This document shows positions 49,925-59,340 of a DNA stretch of 64,000 nt, piece by piece. How positions within the stretch are numbered: the stretch's first letter is position 1; every line of letters begins with the position of its first letter. Under the pieces are notes generated by a model. The model made no database searches and was not told the origin of the DNA. It saw nothing but the letters and a program-made list of their open reading frames with translations. Location of the stretch: NCBI GenBank assembly GCA_965224345.1, contig CBDCYU010000003.1, forward strand, positions 683,013-747,012, read 5' to 3'. A program made the position numbers and the translations under genes. Source of the DNA: Dehalococcoidia bacterium. GTDB lineage: Bacteria > Chloroflexota > Dehalococcoidia > Lucifugimonadales > CBDCYU01.

Positions 49925-51670
49925 ATGCCTTCCTACCAGGACCTGAGAACCGATGCGGACCACCGTTGGCAGGCCTTGGAATCGGACTCGAAACCCTGGG
50001 TCCGCGTGGGTACGGCCATGTGCGGTCACGCCGCCGGCGCCTTCCAGGTCGTTGATGCCCTGAGAGAGGAGCTCCGAGCCAGGGACATCGAGGCCAATCT
50101 CCACGAGGTCGGCTGCTTGGGGCTGTGCTTTGCCGAGCCTCTGGTCGACATCCTGAAGCCCGGAAGCTCCAGGCTCTTCTTCAAGAATGTGACCTCCGAC
50201 GACGTGCCCGAGATCGTCCAGTCCTACCTCGTGGATGACAGGGTCCCGAGGGAGAAGGCCATCGGATACCTGGGCGGCGCCCCCATTCAGGACGTCCCAG
50301 ACCTCAATACGCTCCCCGGCATCGAGCTCCAGGAGCGGGTCGCCCTCCGCAACGCTGGGCACATAGCCCCCGGCGACATACGCCAGTACATCGCCAACGA
50401 CGGGTACGCGGCGCTGAACAAGGCCTTGTTCGAGATGGAGCCGCCGGACGTTATCAAGGAGATATCCGACTCCGGCCTTCGCGGTCGAGGAGGAGCGGCC
50501 TTTCCCACGGGCATAAAGTGGAGCTTCCTGGTGCGCTCTCCCGGCCCTACCAAATACATCCTGTGCAACTGCGAGGAGGGCGACCCGGGCGCCTACAACG
50601 ACAAGGGCATCCTCGAAAGCGACCCTCACACCCTGATCGAAGGCATGGTCATTGCAGGGTACGCCACGGGCGCCTCCAACGGCATCGTCTTCATAAGGCA
50701 TGGCCACGACGGCCCCATAGACAGGACGGAGGCGGCCATCGAGCAGGCGTATGATCTGGGGCTGCTGGGCGAGAACATCCTGGACTCCGACTTCAGCTTC
50801 GACTTGGAGGTGGCGCTCACGGGAGAGTCCTACGTGGCCGGCGAGGAGTCTGCGCTCATGGAGTCTATCGAGGGTAAGCGCGCGATGCCCCGGTACCGCC
50901 CGCCTTTCCCGGCCCAGTTCGGCGTCTGGGGCAAGCCCAGCAACATCAACAACGTAAAGACCCTGTCCTATGCCCCGGCCATCATATCCCGCGGCAGCGA
51001 GTGGTTCTCGTCCATAGGGGTGAACAGGAGCACGGGTACCGCCATAATCTGCCTCAACGGCCAGGTGAAGTTCCCGGGCCTCTACGAGGTGCCGATGGGG
51101 CTGACTCTGGGCCAGGTGATCAATGACATAGGGGGCGGAGTACGGGACGGTAAGCGCCTCAAGATGCTGCAGACGGGCGGCCCCCTCGGCGGCGTCCTCA
51201 GCGCGGAGAGCATGAGCATACACCTGGACTTCGACGAGATGAGGGAGGCGGGAGCGATCCTGGGCTCTGGCGGCATCATCGTGGCCGACGAGGACACCTG
51301 CGCCGTCGACCTGACCAGGGTCTTGGTCGCCTTCTGCCAGTACGAGTCCTGCGGCAAGTGCTTCCCGTGCCGATTGGGAATGGAGCACCTCTTGGAGATC
51401 GTCGAGCGCATCGCCCGGTGCCAGAGCCGTCCGGGCGACATGGAGCTGATGAGGAAGGTAGGAGAGACCATGGAGGCCAGCTCCCTCTGCGGCCATGGCC
51501 AGCTGGGGTTCGGCCCCATACGCTCCGCCTTCCAGCACTTCGAGGACGACTTCAAGGCCCACGTCGATGAGGCACGCTGTCCCACCGGTAGCTGCAACGG
51601 ACCAATGCTGTCCCCGAAGAGCACCAGGCCCTACGCGGCTGAATACGCTCCTGGAGAGCCAGTGTCATGA
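49925..51670 (+). CDS. NuoF/HydB-like FMN/NAD(P)H-binding subunit with N-terminal thioredoxin-like Fe-S domain
   Basis: GCLGLCFAEP, LRGRGGAAFPTG.KW, CNCEEGDPG, ESCGKCFPCR, SLCGHGQ. Confidence 0.93.
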   Translation: MPSYQDLRTDADHRWQALESDSKPWVRVGTAMCGHAAGAFQVVDALREELRARDIEANLHEVGCLGLCFAEPLVDILKPGSSRLFFKNVTSDDVPEIVQSYLVDDRVPREKAIGYLGGAPIQDVPDLNTLPGIELQERVALRNAGHIAPGDIRQYIANDGYAALNKALFEMEPPDVIKEISDSGLRGRGGAAFPTGIKWSFLVRSPGPTKYILCNCEEGDPGAYNDKGILESDPHTLIEGMVIAGYATGASNGIVFIRHGHDGPIDRTEAAIEQAYDLGLLGENILDSDFSFDLEVALTGESYVAGEESALMESIEGKRAMPRYRPPFPAQFGVWGKPSNINNVKTLSYAPAIISRGSEWFSSIGVNRSTGTAIICLNGQVKFPGLYEVPMGLTLGQVINDIGGGVRDGKRLKMLQTGGPLGGVLSAESMSIHLDFDEMREAGAILGSGGIIVADEDTCAVDLTRVLVAFCQYESCGKCFPCRLGMEHLLEIVERIARCQSRPGDMELMRKVGETMEASSLCGHGQLGFGPIRSAFQHFEDDFKAHVDEARCPTGSCNGPMLSPKSTRPYAAEYAPGEPVS

Positions 51671-54456
51671 CAGAGGAAATCACGCTGACCATAGACGGCA
51701 ACGTCGTCAAGGCCCAGCCGGGCGCCATGGTCATCGAGGCCGCTATGGACGCCGGGCTCTACATCCCTTACCTCTGCTACTACCCTGGGATGAAGCCCTA
51801 CGGCGCGTGCCGCATGTGCGTCGTCGAGGGCGAGCGTCCCAATCCCAGGTCGCCCGGCGACTTTGCTCCCATAGGGACTCCCGCGTCGTGCACCACCCCC
51901 GTCGAGGAGGGGCTGAGGGTCTATACCAATTCGGACAAGATCGTCGACCTCCGCAAGGGGATCATGGAGATGCTCATATCGGAGCATCCCCACGGCTGCC
52001 TCACCTGCCATCGCATCGAGCTGTGCGGGCCATCCGACATTTGCCTGAGACACGTATCGGTCAACGACCGCTGCCTCACCTGCCCCAAGAACGAGCGGTG
52101 CGAGCTCAAGGATACGGTGAGGTATCTCGAGATGGAGATGGATACCCCGCTGACCTACAACAACCGCCACCTCCCGCTGCAGGTCGAGGACTCCTACTGG
52201 GAGATGGACATGAACCTGTGCATCGTCTGCTCCCGGTGCGTCCGCGCCTGCGACGAAATACGCGGCGACGATGCCATCACCCTGTTCCAGAGGTCCGGCC
52301 GAAGCCTGATAGGCACCTCCCAGGGCACGTCGCTGTTGGAGTCCGGGTGCGAGTTCTGCGGGGCCTGCATCGACGTCTGTCCCACGGGCGCCATGGTCGA
52401 GCGCGAGGGCAAGTGGGACAAGGCCGTTAGAAAGGTGACGAGCACCTGTCCCCATTGTCCCGTGGGCTGCCAGATGATCCTGGAGGTCAACAAGCGGGAG
52501 CGCTTCATCAGGGCCATACCGGACCGCCATGCGATGGCCAACCACGGCCAAGCGTGCTTCAAGGGTAAGTTCGGTCTTGGCTTCGTCAACCACGTCCGGC
52601 GCGTCAAGAAGCCCCAGATCAGACGCGGCGGAGAGCTGGCAGAGGCTTCGTGGCACGATGCACTGGATGCGGTCTCAGAGCGGCTCGCTCCCTACAGAGG
52701 CGACTCCTTTGCGCTAATCGCGTCGCCGAGGGGCACCAACGAGGACAGCTACGTTGCCCAGAAGTTCGCTAGGACTGTCATGGCGTCCAACAACGTCGAT
52801 GTATCGTCGAACCTGCGACCGGAGCTGGTCACGCCCCTGGGAGAGCTCTTGGGCTATCCGGCGGCCACAAACTCCATCTGGGAGCTGGAGCGCTCCTCCT
52901 GCTTCCTGGTAGTCTCCAGCAACATGACTGAAGAGCAGAACGTGGTCGCTATCCCCCTGAAGAGAGCGCTCAAGGATGGCGCGTCGCTGATAGTCGTGGA
53001 CCAGCGGGAGACGGAGCTGGCCAGCCGCGCCGACCTCTGGCTGCGCCCCAAGCCGGGAAGCGAAGCTACCCTCATCAACGGCATGCTCAGGGTGATCTTC
53101 GACGAGGCCCTGGACGACCACGACTTCTTGGCGGACCAATGCGAGGGCTTGGACCGGCTGAGGAACGCCCTCTGGAGCATCGACCTAATCCAGGTCGAGC
53201 GAATTACCGGCCTGGCGAAAGACCAGATACAGGAAGCCGCCCGGCTCTTCGTAAAGACCAAGCCCGCGGCCATCCTCTATGCCCTGGAGACGTTGGCTCC
53301 TCACCTCCGCGTGGACTGCGTGAATGCTCTGGTGAACCTTGCACTGGCTTCGGGCAACCTGGGTAAGGAGTCCAGCGGCCTGTACCCCCTCTTCACGGGA
53401 GCCAACGAGCAGGGCTCCAAGGACGTCGGGTGCTCGCCCGACCACCTTCCCGGCTACCTACCGGTTTCCGACGATGGGTCCAACCGGCGCTTCGGGAAGG
53501 CGTGGAACGCCGAGGTGCCCCTGGCGCCAGGGGTCGGCGTACGCGAGCTGGTGGACGCCATCGAGGGGGGCAGGGTCAAGGCGCTCTACGTCGTTGGAGA
53601 CAGCCCCAACTTTACCAACGGAGAGCTGGGGGAGTTCCTGGAGGCGGCGGCCCAGCTGGAGATGCTGGTCGTGCAGGACTCCTTCTATGGTGAGCTGTCG
53701 GCCATCGCCGACGTGGTGCTCCCGTCGGCCGTCTTCGCCCAGGTAAAGGGTACCTACACCAGTATGGAGAGGCGCGTGCATCTGCTGCGCCCCGCCCTCG
53801 GCCCCAAGGACGAAGAGGAGCCCGGATGGAGGGTCCTCTCCATGATCGCCGAGCGTATGGGGTCGAAGGGCTTCGACTACGAGGGCCCGGAGGCCGTCTA
53901 CGATGAGATAAACGACTTGGTCGATATCTACGGGGGCATCTCGTACCAGAGGCTGGAATCCGGTGGACTCCAATGGCCGTGCCTAGCGGTGGACATGGCC
54001 GACACCCCCGTTCTCTACACCGATACCCTCAAGCGGCGAAAGGCGTTCCTGGGTAACGTGACTCTGGTGGATGAGCCGGACCACCAGGACGCCGCGTACC
54101 CATTCCTCCTGGCGATGGGGCGCGTGCTCCATCAGCCGGAGAGGCAGATCGAGCTGCAGCTGGTCGATGGCCGCAACAGGGCGGAGCGCGAGGAGATAGT
54201 CGAGCTGCATAGCGAGGACGCCAGAGAGATGAGCCTAGTCGACGCCGACAGGGTCGAGGTTGTGACCAGGGATGGAGCCACGACTCAGGGGACAGTCCGC
54301 CTGTCGGGGCCCCACCGTGGACTCGTCTCCGTCACAACGCTGTTCGGCCAGCTGATCTCGGAGCTCGAAACAAGCCGAGAGCCGGACCCCATGCTGAAGG
54401 TCCCAGGCCTCCCTCTGGTCCCTGCCAACGTGACAAAGCTGAACGGCGCCCGATAG
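51667..54456 (+). CDS. FdhA/NuoG-like Fe-S and molybdopterin-fold subunit lacking FDH catalytic residues
   Basis: GACRMCVVE, HPHGCLTC, CIVCSRCVRAC, CEFCGACIDVCP, CPHCPVGC...C.KG. The active-site loop reads NNVDVSSNLRP. Confidence 0.85.
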   Translation: MTEEITLTIDGNVVKAQPGAMVIEAAMDAGLYIPYLCYYPGMKPYGACRMCVVEGERPNPRSPGDFAPIGTPASCTTPVEEGLRVYTNSDKIVDLRKGIMEMLISEHPHGCLTCHRIELCGPSDICLRHVSVNDRCLTCPKNERCELKDTVRYLEMEMDTPLTYNNRHLPLQVEDSYWEMDMNLCIVCSRCVRACDEIRGDDAITLFQRSGRSLIGTSQGTSLLESGCEFCGACIDVCPTGAMVEREGKWDKAVRKVTSTCPHCPVGCQMILEVNKRERFIRAIPDRHAMANHGQACFKGKFGLGFVNHVRRVKKPQIRRGGELAEASWHDALDAVSERLAPYRGDSFALIASPRGTNEDSYVAQKFARTVMASNNVDVSSNLRPELVTPLGELLGYPAATNSIWELERSSCFLVVSSNMTEEQNVVAIPLKRALKDGASLIVVDQRETELASRADLWLRPKPGSEATLINGMLRVIFDEALDDHDFLADQCEGLDRLRNALWSIDLIQVERITGLAKDQIQEAARLFVKTKPAAILYALETLAPHLRVDCVNALVNLALASGNLGKESSGLYPLFTGANEQGSKDVGCSPDHLPGYLPVSDDGSNRRFGKAWNAEVPLAPGVGVRELVDAIEGGRVKALYVVGDSPNFTNGELGEFLEAAAQLEMLVVQDSFYGELSAIADVVLPSAVFAQVKGTYTSMERRVHLLRPALGPKDEEEPGWRVLSMIAERMGSKGFDYEGPEAVYDEINDLVDIYGGISYQRLESGGLQWPCLAVDMADTPVLYTDTLKRRKAFLGNVTLVDEPDHQDAAYPFLLAMGRVLHQPERQIELQLVDGRNRAEREEIVELHSEDAREMSLVDADRVEVVTRDGATTQGTVRLSGPHRGLVSVTTLFGQLISELETSREPDPMLKVPGLPLVPANVTKLNGAR

Positions 54457-54506
54457 GATGGACCGGCCCCGCGCCCTAACATCATAGAAGGCTGGAGAAG
54501 AGAACG

Positions 54507-55253
54507 TTGACGACACTGAGGAATAGGCGCGCTGCCAAGCTGGCCCAAGTCAGGATCGCACGCCGGGAGGACATCACGGAGGACCTCTGGATACTCTGGA
54601 TCGAGAAGCCGCAAGGCTACACCTTCAAGCCGGGCCAGTACTGCACCATCGGATACGACGGCATCGAGCGGGCGTACTCCATCGCGTCAGCCCCCCACGA
54701 GGACGAGTTGGAGCTCTTCGTAGAGCTGGTGCCCCTGCCTGATGGCGCTCTCACCCCCAGGCTGTGGGAGCTGGGCGTCGGCGACCAGGTCACTATACGC
54801 CCCAGGGCCAAGGGCATCTTCACCTTCAAGCCTGAGATGCCCAACCAACTGCTGGTATCCACCGTCACCGGTGTGGTCCCATACATGAGCATCCTGCGAG
54901 ATTACCTGCACCATGGCCGCGGCGGCCACCGCTTACACGTGCTCCAGGGGGTCAGCTACAGGGACGAGTTCACCTACGACCACGAGCTTGAGCAGCTCGC
55001 CGGGGCTCATCCGGACCTGGTTATCTTCGTACCCACCGTCAGCCGACCCGACGAGGATCGAAACGCGGGCTGGTCCGGCGAGACGGGCAGGGTGAACCTC
55101 ATCGTCGAGCCCTACGTCGACAGGCTTGGGTTGACCCCCGGAGACACCCTGGTCTACGCCTGCGGCCACCCCGGCATGATCGAGGACGTGAAGCAACGCA
55201 TGGCCCCCCGCGGCTTCGAGGTCGAAGAGGAACGCTTCTGGAAGCAGGACTAG
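54507..55253 (+). CDS. Ferredoxin--NADP+ reductase (Fpr-like)
   Basis: FKPGQY, RAYSIAS, GALTP.L, TVTGVVPY, YACGHPGMI, EERFW. Confidence 0.9.
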   Translation: MTTLRNRRAAKLAQVRIARREDITEDLWILWIEKPQGYTFKPGQYCTIGYDGIERAYSIASAPHEDELELFVELVPLPDGALTPRLWELGVGDQVTIRPRAKGIFTFKPEMPNQLLVSTVTGVVPYMSILRDYLHHGRGGHRLHVLQGVSYRDEFTYDHELEQLAGAHPDLVIFVPTVSRPDEDRNAGWSGETGRVNLIVEPYVDRLGLTPGDTLVYACGHPGMIEDVKQRMAPRGFEVEEERFWKQD

Positions 55254-55298
55254 CCCCTCTTGGCACGGCGACCCATTGGCCAGGGTGTCTCACCTACT

Positions 55299-58200
55299 AT
55301 GTTCGATCCCGTTAACTCCAAGGTAGACTTTCCAGCCCTCGAGCGTGAGGTGCTCCAGTGGTGGGAAGAGAACCGTATCCGCCAGAAGTACATCGTACGC
55401 AATGAGGGGGCGGAGAAGCGCCACTCCTTCATCGACGGGCCCATTACCGCCAACAACCCGATGGGCGTTCACCACGCCTGGGGGAGGACCTACAAGGACC
55501 TGTTCCTGCGCTACAGGACAATGCAGGGCTACAAGCAGCGGTACCAGAACGGCTTCGACGGGCAGGGGCTGTGGATCGAGGTCGAGCAGGAGAAGGAGCT
55601 GGGCTTCGGGTCCAAGCGGGACATCGAAGCCTACGGCGTGGGCAAGTTTGTGGAGGGCTGCAAGGAGCGCGTCAGAAGGTTCTCCGACACGATCACCCAG
55701 CAGTCGGTCCGGCTCGGACAGTGGATGGACTGGGACAACTCCTACCACACGATGTCCGATCAGAACAACTACACCATCTGGCACTTCCTGAAGACCTGCC
55801 ACCGGCGAGGTCTGATGTACGAGGGGAACGACGTCATGCCGTGGTGCCCCCGCTGCAGCGTCGGACTCACCGACGCCGAAGTCAACGAGGGCTACCAGGA
55901 GATAGTCCACCCGGGGCTGTACGTCCGCTTCCCGCTCCTGGATCGAGAGGGGGAGTCCCTCCTGATCTGGACGACCACTCCCTGGACCCTGACGTCCAAC
56001 GTCGCAGCCGCGGTGCATCCCGACCTCCGCTACGTCAAGGTCAGGCACGAAGGGCGCGTGCTGTATCTCGCCAAGGGTAGATTGGGCGTCCTCAGAGGAG
56101 AGTGCGAGGTCCTGGAAGAGATGCCGGGGTCCGCTCTCGCCGGCACACGCTACCGCGGCCCCTTCGACGAGCTTCCCGCCCAGCTGGGGGTGGAGCACCG
56201 CGTCGTGGAGTGGGACGAGGTGAGCGAGTCGGAGGGATCGGGTATCGTCCACACGGCGCCCGGGGCGGGCAAGGACGACTTCCATCTGGGTAAGGCGCTG
56301 GGGATGGCCGTCATCGCGCCCCTCGACGAGTTCGGGGTCTTCATCGACGGGTTCGGCGACCTCAGCGGCATGAGCGTCTTCGAGGTCAACCCGCCGATCT
56401 TCGACAGCCTGCGGGAGAAGGGCATCCTCCATCACCTGGAAGAGTACCCCCATCGGTATCCCGTGTGCTGGCGCTGCGGCACCGAGCTCGTCTTCCGACT
56501 CGTCGACGAGTGGTTCATCTCCATGGACCAGCTGAGGGACTCCATCGCCGGGGTGACCAAGAAGATCCAGTGGGTCCCGGCCTTCGGACTCGAACGTGAG
56601 CTCGACTGGCTTCGGAACATGGACGATTGGATGATCTCCAAGAAGCGGTACTACGGACTGGCCTTACCGATATACAAGTGCGAGTGCGGCAGCGTCGAGG
56701 TCATCGGGGGGGTGAGAGAGCTGCGGGAGAGGGCCGTCGAAGGGTGGGACCAGTTCGAGGGACACTCGCCTCACAGGCCCTGGATTGACGCCGTAAAGAT
56801 CGCCTGCACCCGGTGCGGAGAGAAGCTCTCTCGCATCGAGGACGTGGGAAACCCCTGGCTCGACGCGGGCATCGTTCCCTACTCCACCCTGGGCTACTCC
56901 GAGGACGGGAAGAGCGACTACTGGCGGGAGTGGTTCCCCGCCGACTGGATCTCCGAGAGCTTTCCGGGGCAGTTCCGCAACTGGTTCTACTCTATGCTGA
57001 CCATGAGCACGGTGCTGGAGGGCTCCGAGCCCTTCCGGGCCGTCTTCAGCTACGCACTGATGCGTGACGAGGACGGCGAAGAGATGCACAAGAGCAAGGG
57101 CAACGCCATCTGGTTCGAGGACGCTGCGGAGCGGATGGGGGCGGACTCGATGCGGTGGCTGTACAGCCACCAGAACCCGGCCGCGAATCTCAGCTTCGGC
57201 TACGGCACGGCGGACGAGGTCCGCCGCAGATTCATCATTCCCCTGTGGAACGTCTATTCGTTCTTTGTGACCTACGCCAACATAGACCGGTACAGCCCGT
57301 CCGCACAGGCGCCCGAGCTCGCAGACAGGCCCGAACTGGACAGGTGGATCGTCTCGGAGCTCAACGTGCTCATCGGCGAGGTGACCGACGCCCTGGACGC
57401 CTATGAGCCCGACCGGGCGGCAAGGGCCGCCGAGGAGTTCGTCGAGTACCTCTCCAACTGGTACGTTAGGCGCAGCCGTCGGCGCTTCTGGAAGAGCGGC
57501 GTACTCGGTCACTCCTCGGACGCGTCCGATCAGGACAAGCTCTCCGCCTACGCGACGCTGTACCATTGCCTCACCACGCTGTGCAAGCTTCTGGCGCCCT
57601 TCATTCCCTTCCTGACCGAGTCGATGTACCAGAACCTGGTGCGCTCGGATGGCGGGACAGAGTACGAGAGCGTCCATCTGGAGGACTATCCCCAGATGGA
57701 AGAGTCCCTGATCGACCTGCGCCTCACCGAGGTCACCAGGCTCGCCATGAAGCTCTCCAGCCTTGGCCGGGCCGCTCGCAGCAACGCCGGAATCAAGGTG
57801 CGCCAGCCCCTGGCGGAGGTCGTGGTCAGCGTGCCAAGTCAGGCCGAGCGCGGCTACCTCGCCGACGTCGAAACACAGCTCAAAGACGAGCTCAACGTCA
57901 AGTCCGTCAGTCACGCGGCCGACGTTGGAGGGATACTGGACTACGAGGTCAGGCCTAACTTCGCCGTCCTCGGCCCCAAGTACGGTCCGCAGGTCCCCAA
58001 CGTGGTCAGACAGCTCGCTGCCGTGGACGCAGCCGAAGCGGCGCGGGCCGTGGAAGAAGGCAGCGGAATCCGCCTGGAGGGCTTCACGCTTCAACCCGAG
58101 GAGGTCCTGGTGACCGAGGCGCCGGCGGAGGGCTACACTGCGGCGTCCGAGGGCGGTTACACCGTCGCCGTCTCCACCGAGATCACTCCAGAGCTGGCGC

Positions 58201-58466
58201 GGGAGGGCCTGGCCAGGGAGTTGGTCCATCGGATACAGGACATGAGGCGCTCGGCAGGGTTCGACATTGCGGACCGTATCGTCACGTACTACCAAGGCGA
58301 CCAGGAGATGCATGAGGTGATGGAGAGCCAGGGCGGCTACATCCGCCAGGAGACCCTGTCGCAGCGCCTGCTCGCTGAGAGCCCCGCGCAGGGCGCCCAC
58401 ACGGAGGAGCACACCGTCGACGGCTTCCATGTGACCCTGGGAGTGGCTACGGTTCCCAGCCGCTGA
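55299..58466 (+). CDS. ileS: Isoleucine--tRNA ligase, type 2, with GVHH and EMHKS signature variants
   Basis: DGPITANNPMGVHH, WTTTPWTL, GIVHTAPG, EMHKSKGN, LSNWYVRRSRRRFW, EGLARELVHRIQDMR. Confidence 0.97.
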   Translation: MFDPVNSKVDFPALEREVLQWWEENRIRQKYIVRNEGAEKRHSFIDGPITANNPMGVHHAWGRTYKDLFLRYRTMQGYKQRYQNGFDGQGLWIEVEQEKELGFGSKRDIEAYGVGKFVEGCKERVRRFSDTITQQSVRLGQWMDWDNSYHTMSDQNNYTIWHFLKTCHRRGLMYEGNDVMPWCPRCSVGLTDAEVNEGYQEIVHPGLYVRFPLLDREGESLLIWTTTPWTLTSNVAAAVHPDLRYVKVRHEGRVLYLAKGRLGVLRGECEVLEEMPGSALAGTRYRGPFDELPAQLGVEHRVVEWDEVSESEGSGIVHTAPGAGKDDFHLGKALGMAVIAPLDEFGVFIDGFGDLSGMSVFEVNPPIFDSLREKGILHHLEEYPHRYPVCWRCGTELVFRLVDEWFISMDQLRDSIAGVTKKIQWVPAFGLERELDWLRNMDDWMISKKRYYGLALPIYKCECGSVEVIGGVRELRERAVEGWDQFEGHSPHRPWIDAVKIACTRCGEKLSRIEDVGNPWLDAGIVPYSTLGYSEDGKSDYWREWFPADWISESFPGQFRNWFYSMLTMSTVLEGSEPFRAVFSYALMRDEDGEEMHKSKGNAIWFEDAAERMGADSMRWLYSHQNPAANLSFGYGTADEVRRRFIIPLWNVYSFFVTYANIDRYSPSAQAPELADRPELDRWIVSELNVLIGEVTDALDAYEPDRAARAAEEFVEYLSNWYVRRSRRRFWKSGVLGHSSDASDQDKLSAYATLYHCLTTLCKLLAPFIPFLTESMYQNLVRSDGGTEYESVHLEDYPQMEESLIDLRLTEVTRLAMKLSSLGRAARSNAGIKVRQPLAEVVVSVPSQAERGYLADVETQLKDELNVKSVSHAADVGGILDYEVRPNFAVLGPKYGPQVPNVVRQLAAVDAAEAARAVEEGSGIRLEGFTLQPEEVLVTEAPAEGYTAASEGGYTVAVSTEITPELAREGLARELVHRIQDMRRSAGFDIADRIVTYYQGDQEMHEVMESQGGYIRQETLSQRLLAESPAQGAHTEEHTVDGFHVTLGVATVPSR

Positions 58467-58503
58467 ATCCCGTCTCGAAAGTTTGGCCCTCCGGTATACT
58501 TAC

Positions 58504-58658
58504 CTATGCCGTGATCGCCAGTGGATGTCCAACGAGCTGGCGATCGGCCGTAAGGAGCTTTAGACCTTCCTCTTGGGCCTGGATGAGCAGGAGCTCGTTG
58601 AAGGGATCATTGTGGGATATGGGGGTCTCGAGTTGCCGTGCGGCGTGGCTCACGGTCC
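58504..58658 (-). pseudogene. C-terminal remnant of a VapC PIN toxin
   Basis: HAA..L.TPISHNDPFNELLLIQAQEEGLKLLTADRQL. No PIN N-terminus upstream. Confidence 0.65.
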
Positions 58659-58767
58659 AAGTAATGACATATCCGATTGTGACTACGCACAAGACCACAC
58701 TGTGACTACGCCGGGGCGCCTCTCATTGTTCGCAGACAGTGGTTCCCTGAGTCGCGTTAGACTTGTG

Positions 58768-58802
58768 TTGACAGGGATACTTCGTTGACGTAAAATACTT
58801 CG
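58768..58802 (+). promoter_or_regulatory. sigma70 promoter of the MarR-ABC operon with a repeated operator-like motif
   Basis: TTGACA (58768), 17-bp spacer, TAAAAT (58791). ATACTTCG at 58777 and 58795. Confidence 0.65.
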
Positions 58803-58808
58803 AGCCTG

Positions 58809-59330
58809 GTGAACAAAAAGGGAGAGGCGTTGGAAGCAGATCGGCATGAGCTGGAGGACCTTCTTGCGGCGCACATGAGGCGGCTCATGTCTGACGTGCG
58901 CTCACTCACCCTTGCCCAGTGGCCCGAGGTAGAGTTGACGATGGCCCAGGCCAGGGCCCTCGTATTCCTCAGCCAGGGGATAAAACGCATGAAGGATGTC
59001 TCGGTCCACATGCGCTCGGGCATGCCCTCGGCCACCAGCATGGTCAACCGCTTGGTGAACAAGGAGCTGGTCCAACGCATAAAGGACGAGGCGGACCGGC
59101 GCGTGGTCGCCATCGAGCTGACCCCCAAGGGTGAAGAGGTGGTGGACCGCCTATTGCGTATGGGGCGTATGAGGTACGAGGCCCTCGCCGCCGCTCTGAC
59201 GGACGAGGAGATATCGGCTGCCATACCGGTCCTGGAGATGCTGTCTCAGGCGGCGAGGTGCCACGGAAGCCCTGCTGCGCCGGAGTCAGAAAGCCAGCCT
59301 GCGGAGGCTGTGCCGGCCCAGCTGGAATGA
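58809..59330 (+). CDS. MarR family transcriptional regulator
   Basis: LTMAQARAL, SATSMVNRLV.KELV.R....DRRVV.IELTPKG. Confidence 0.92.
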   Translation: MNKKGEALEADRHELEDLLAAHMRRLMSDVRSLTLAQWPEVELTMAQARALVFLSQGIKRMKDVSVHMRSGMPSATSMVNRLVNKELVQRIKDEADRRVVAIELTPKGEEVVDRLLRMGRMRYEALAAALTDEEISAAIPVLEMLSQAARCHGSPAAPESESQPAEAVPAQLE

Positions 59331-59340
59331 GGAGACGTAG

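Noticed and set aside
49313..51562. Long antisense or alternate-frame ORFs (also 8803-10680, 56664-58430, 14779-16011 and others)
   Set aside because: Shadows of well-supported genes in high-GC DNA, with no motifs of their own.
51667..54456. Selenocysteine formate dehydrogenase
   Set aside because: No in-frame TGA, and no Cys/His at the catalytic loop.
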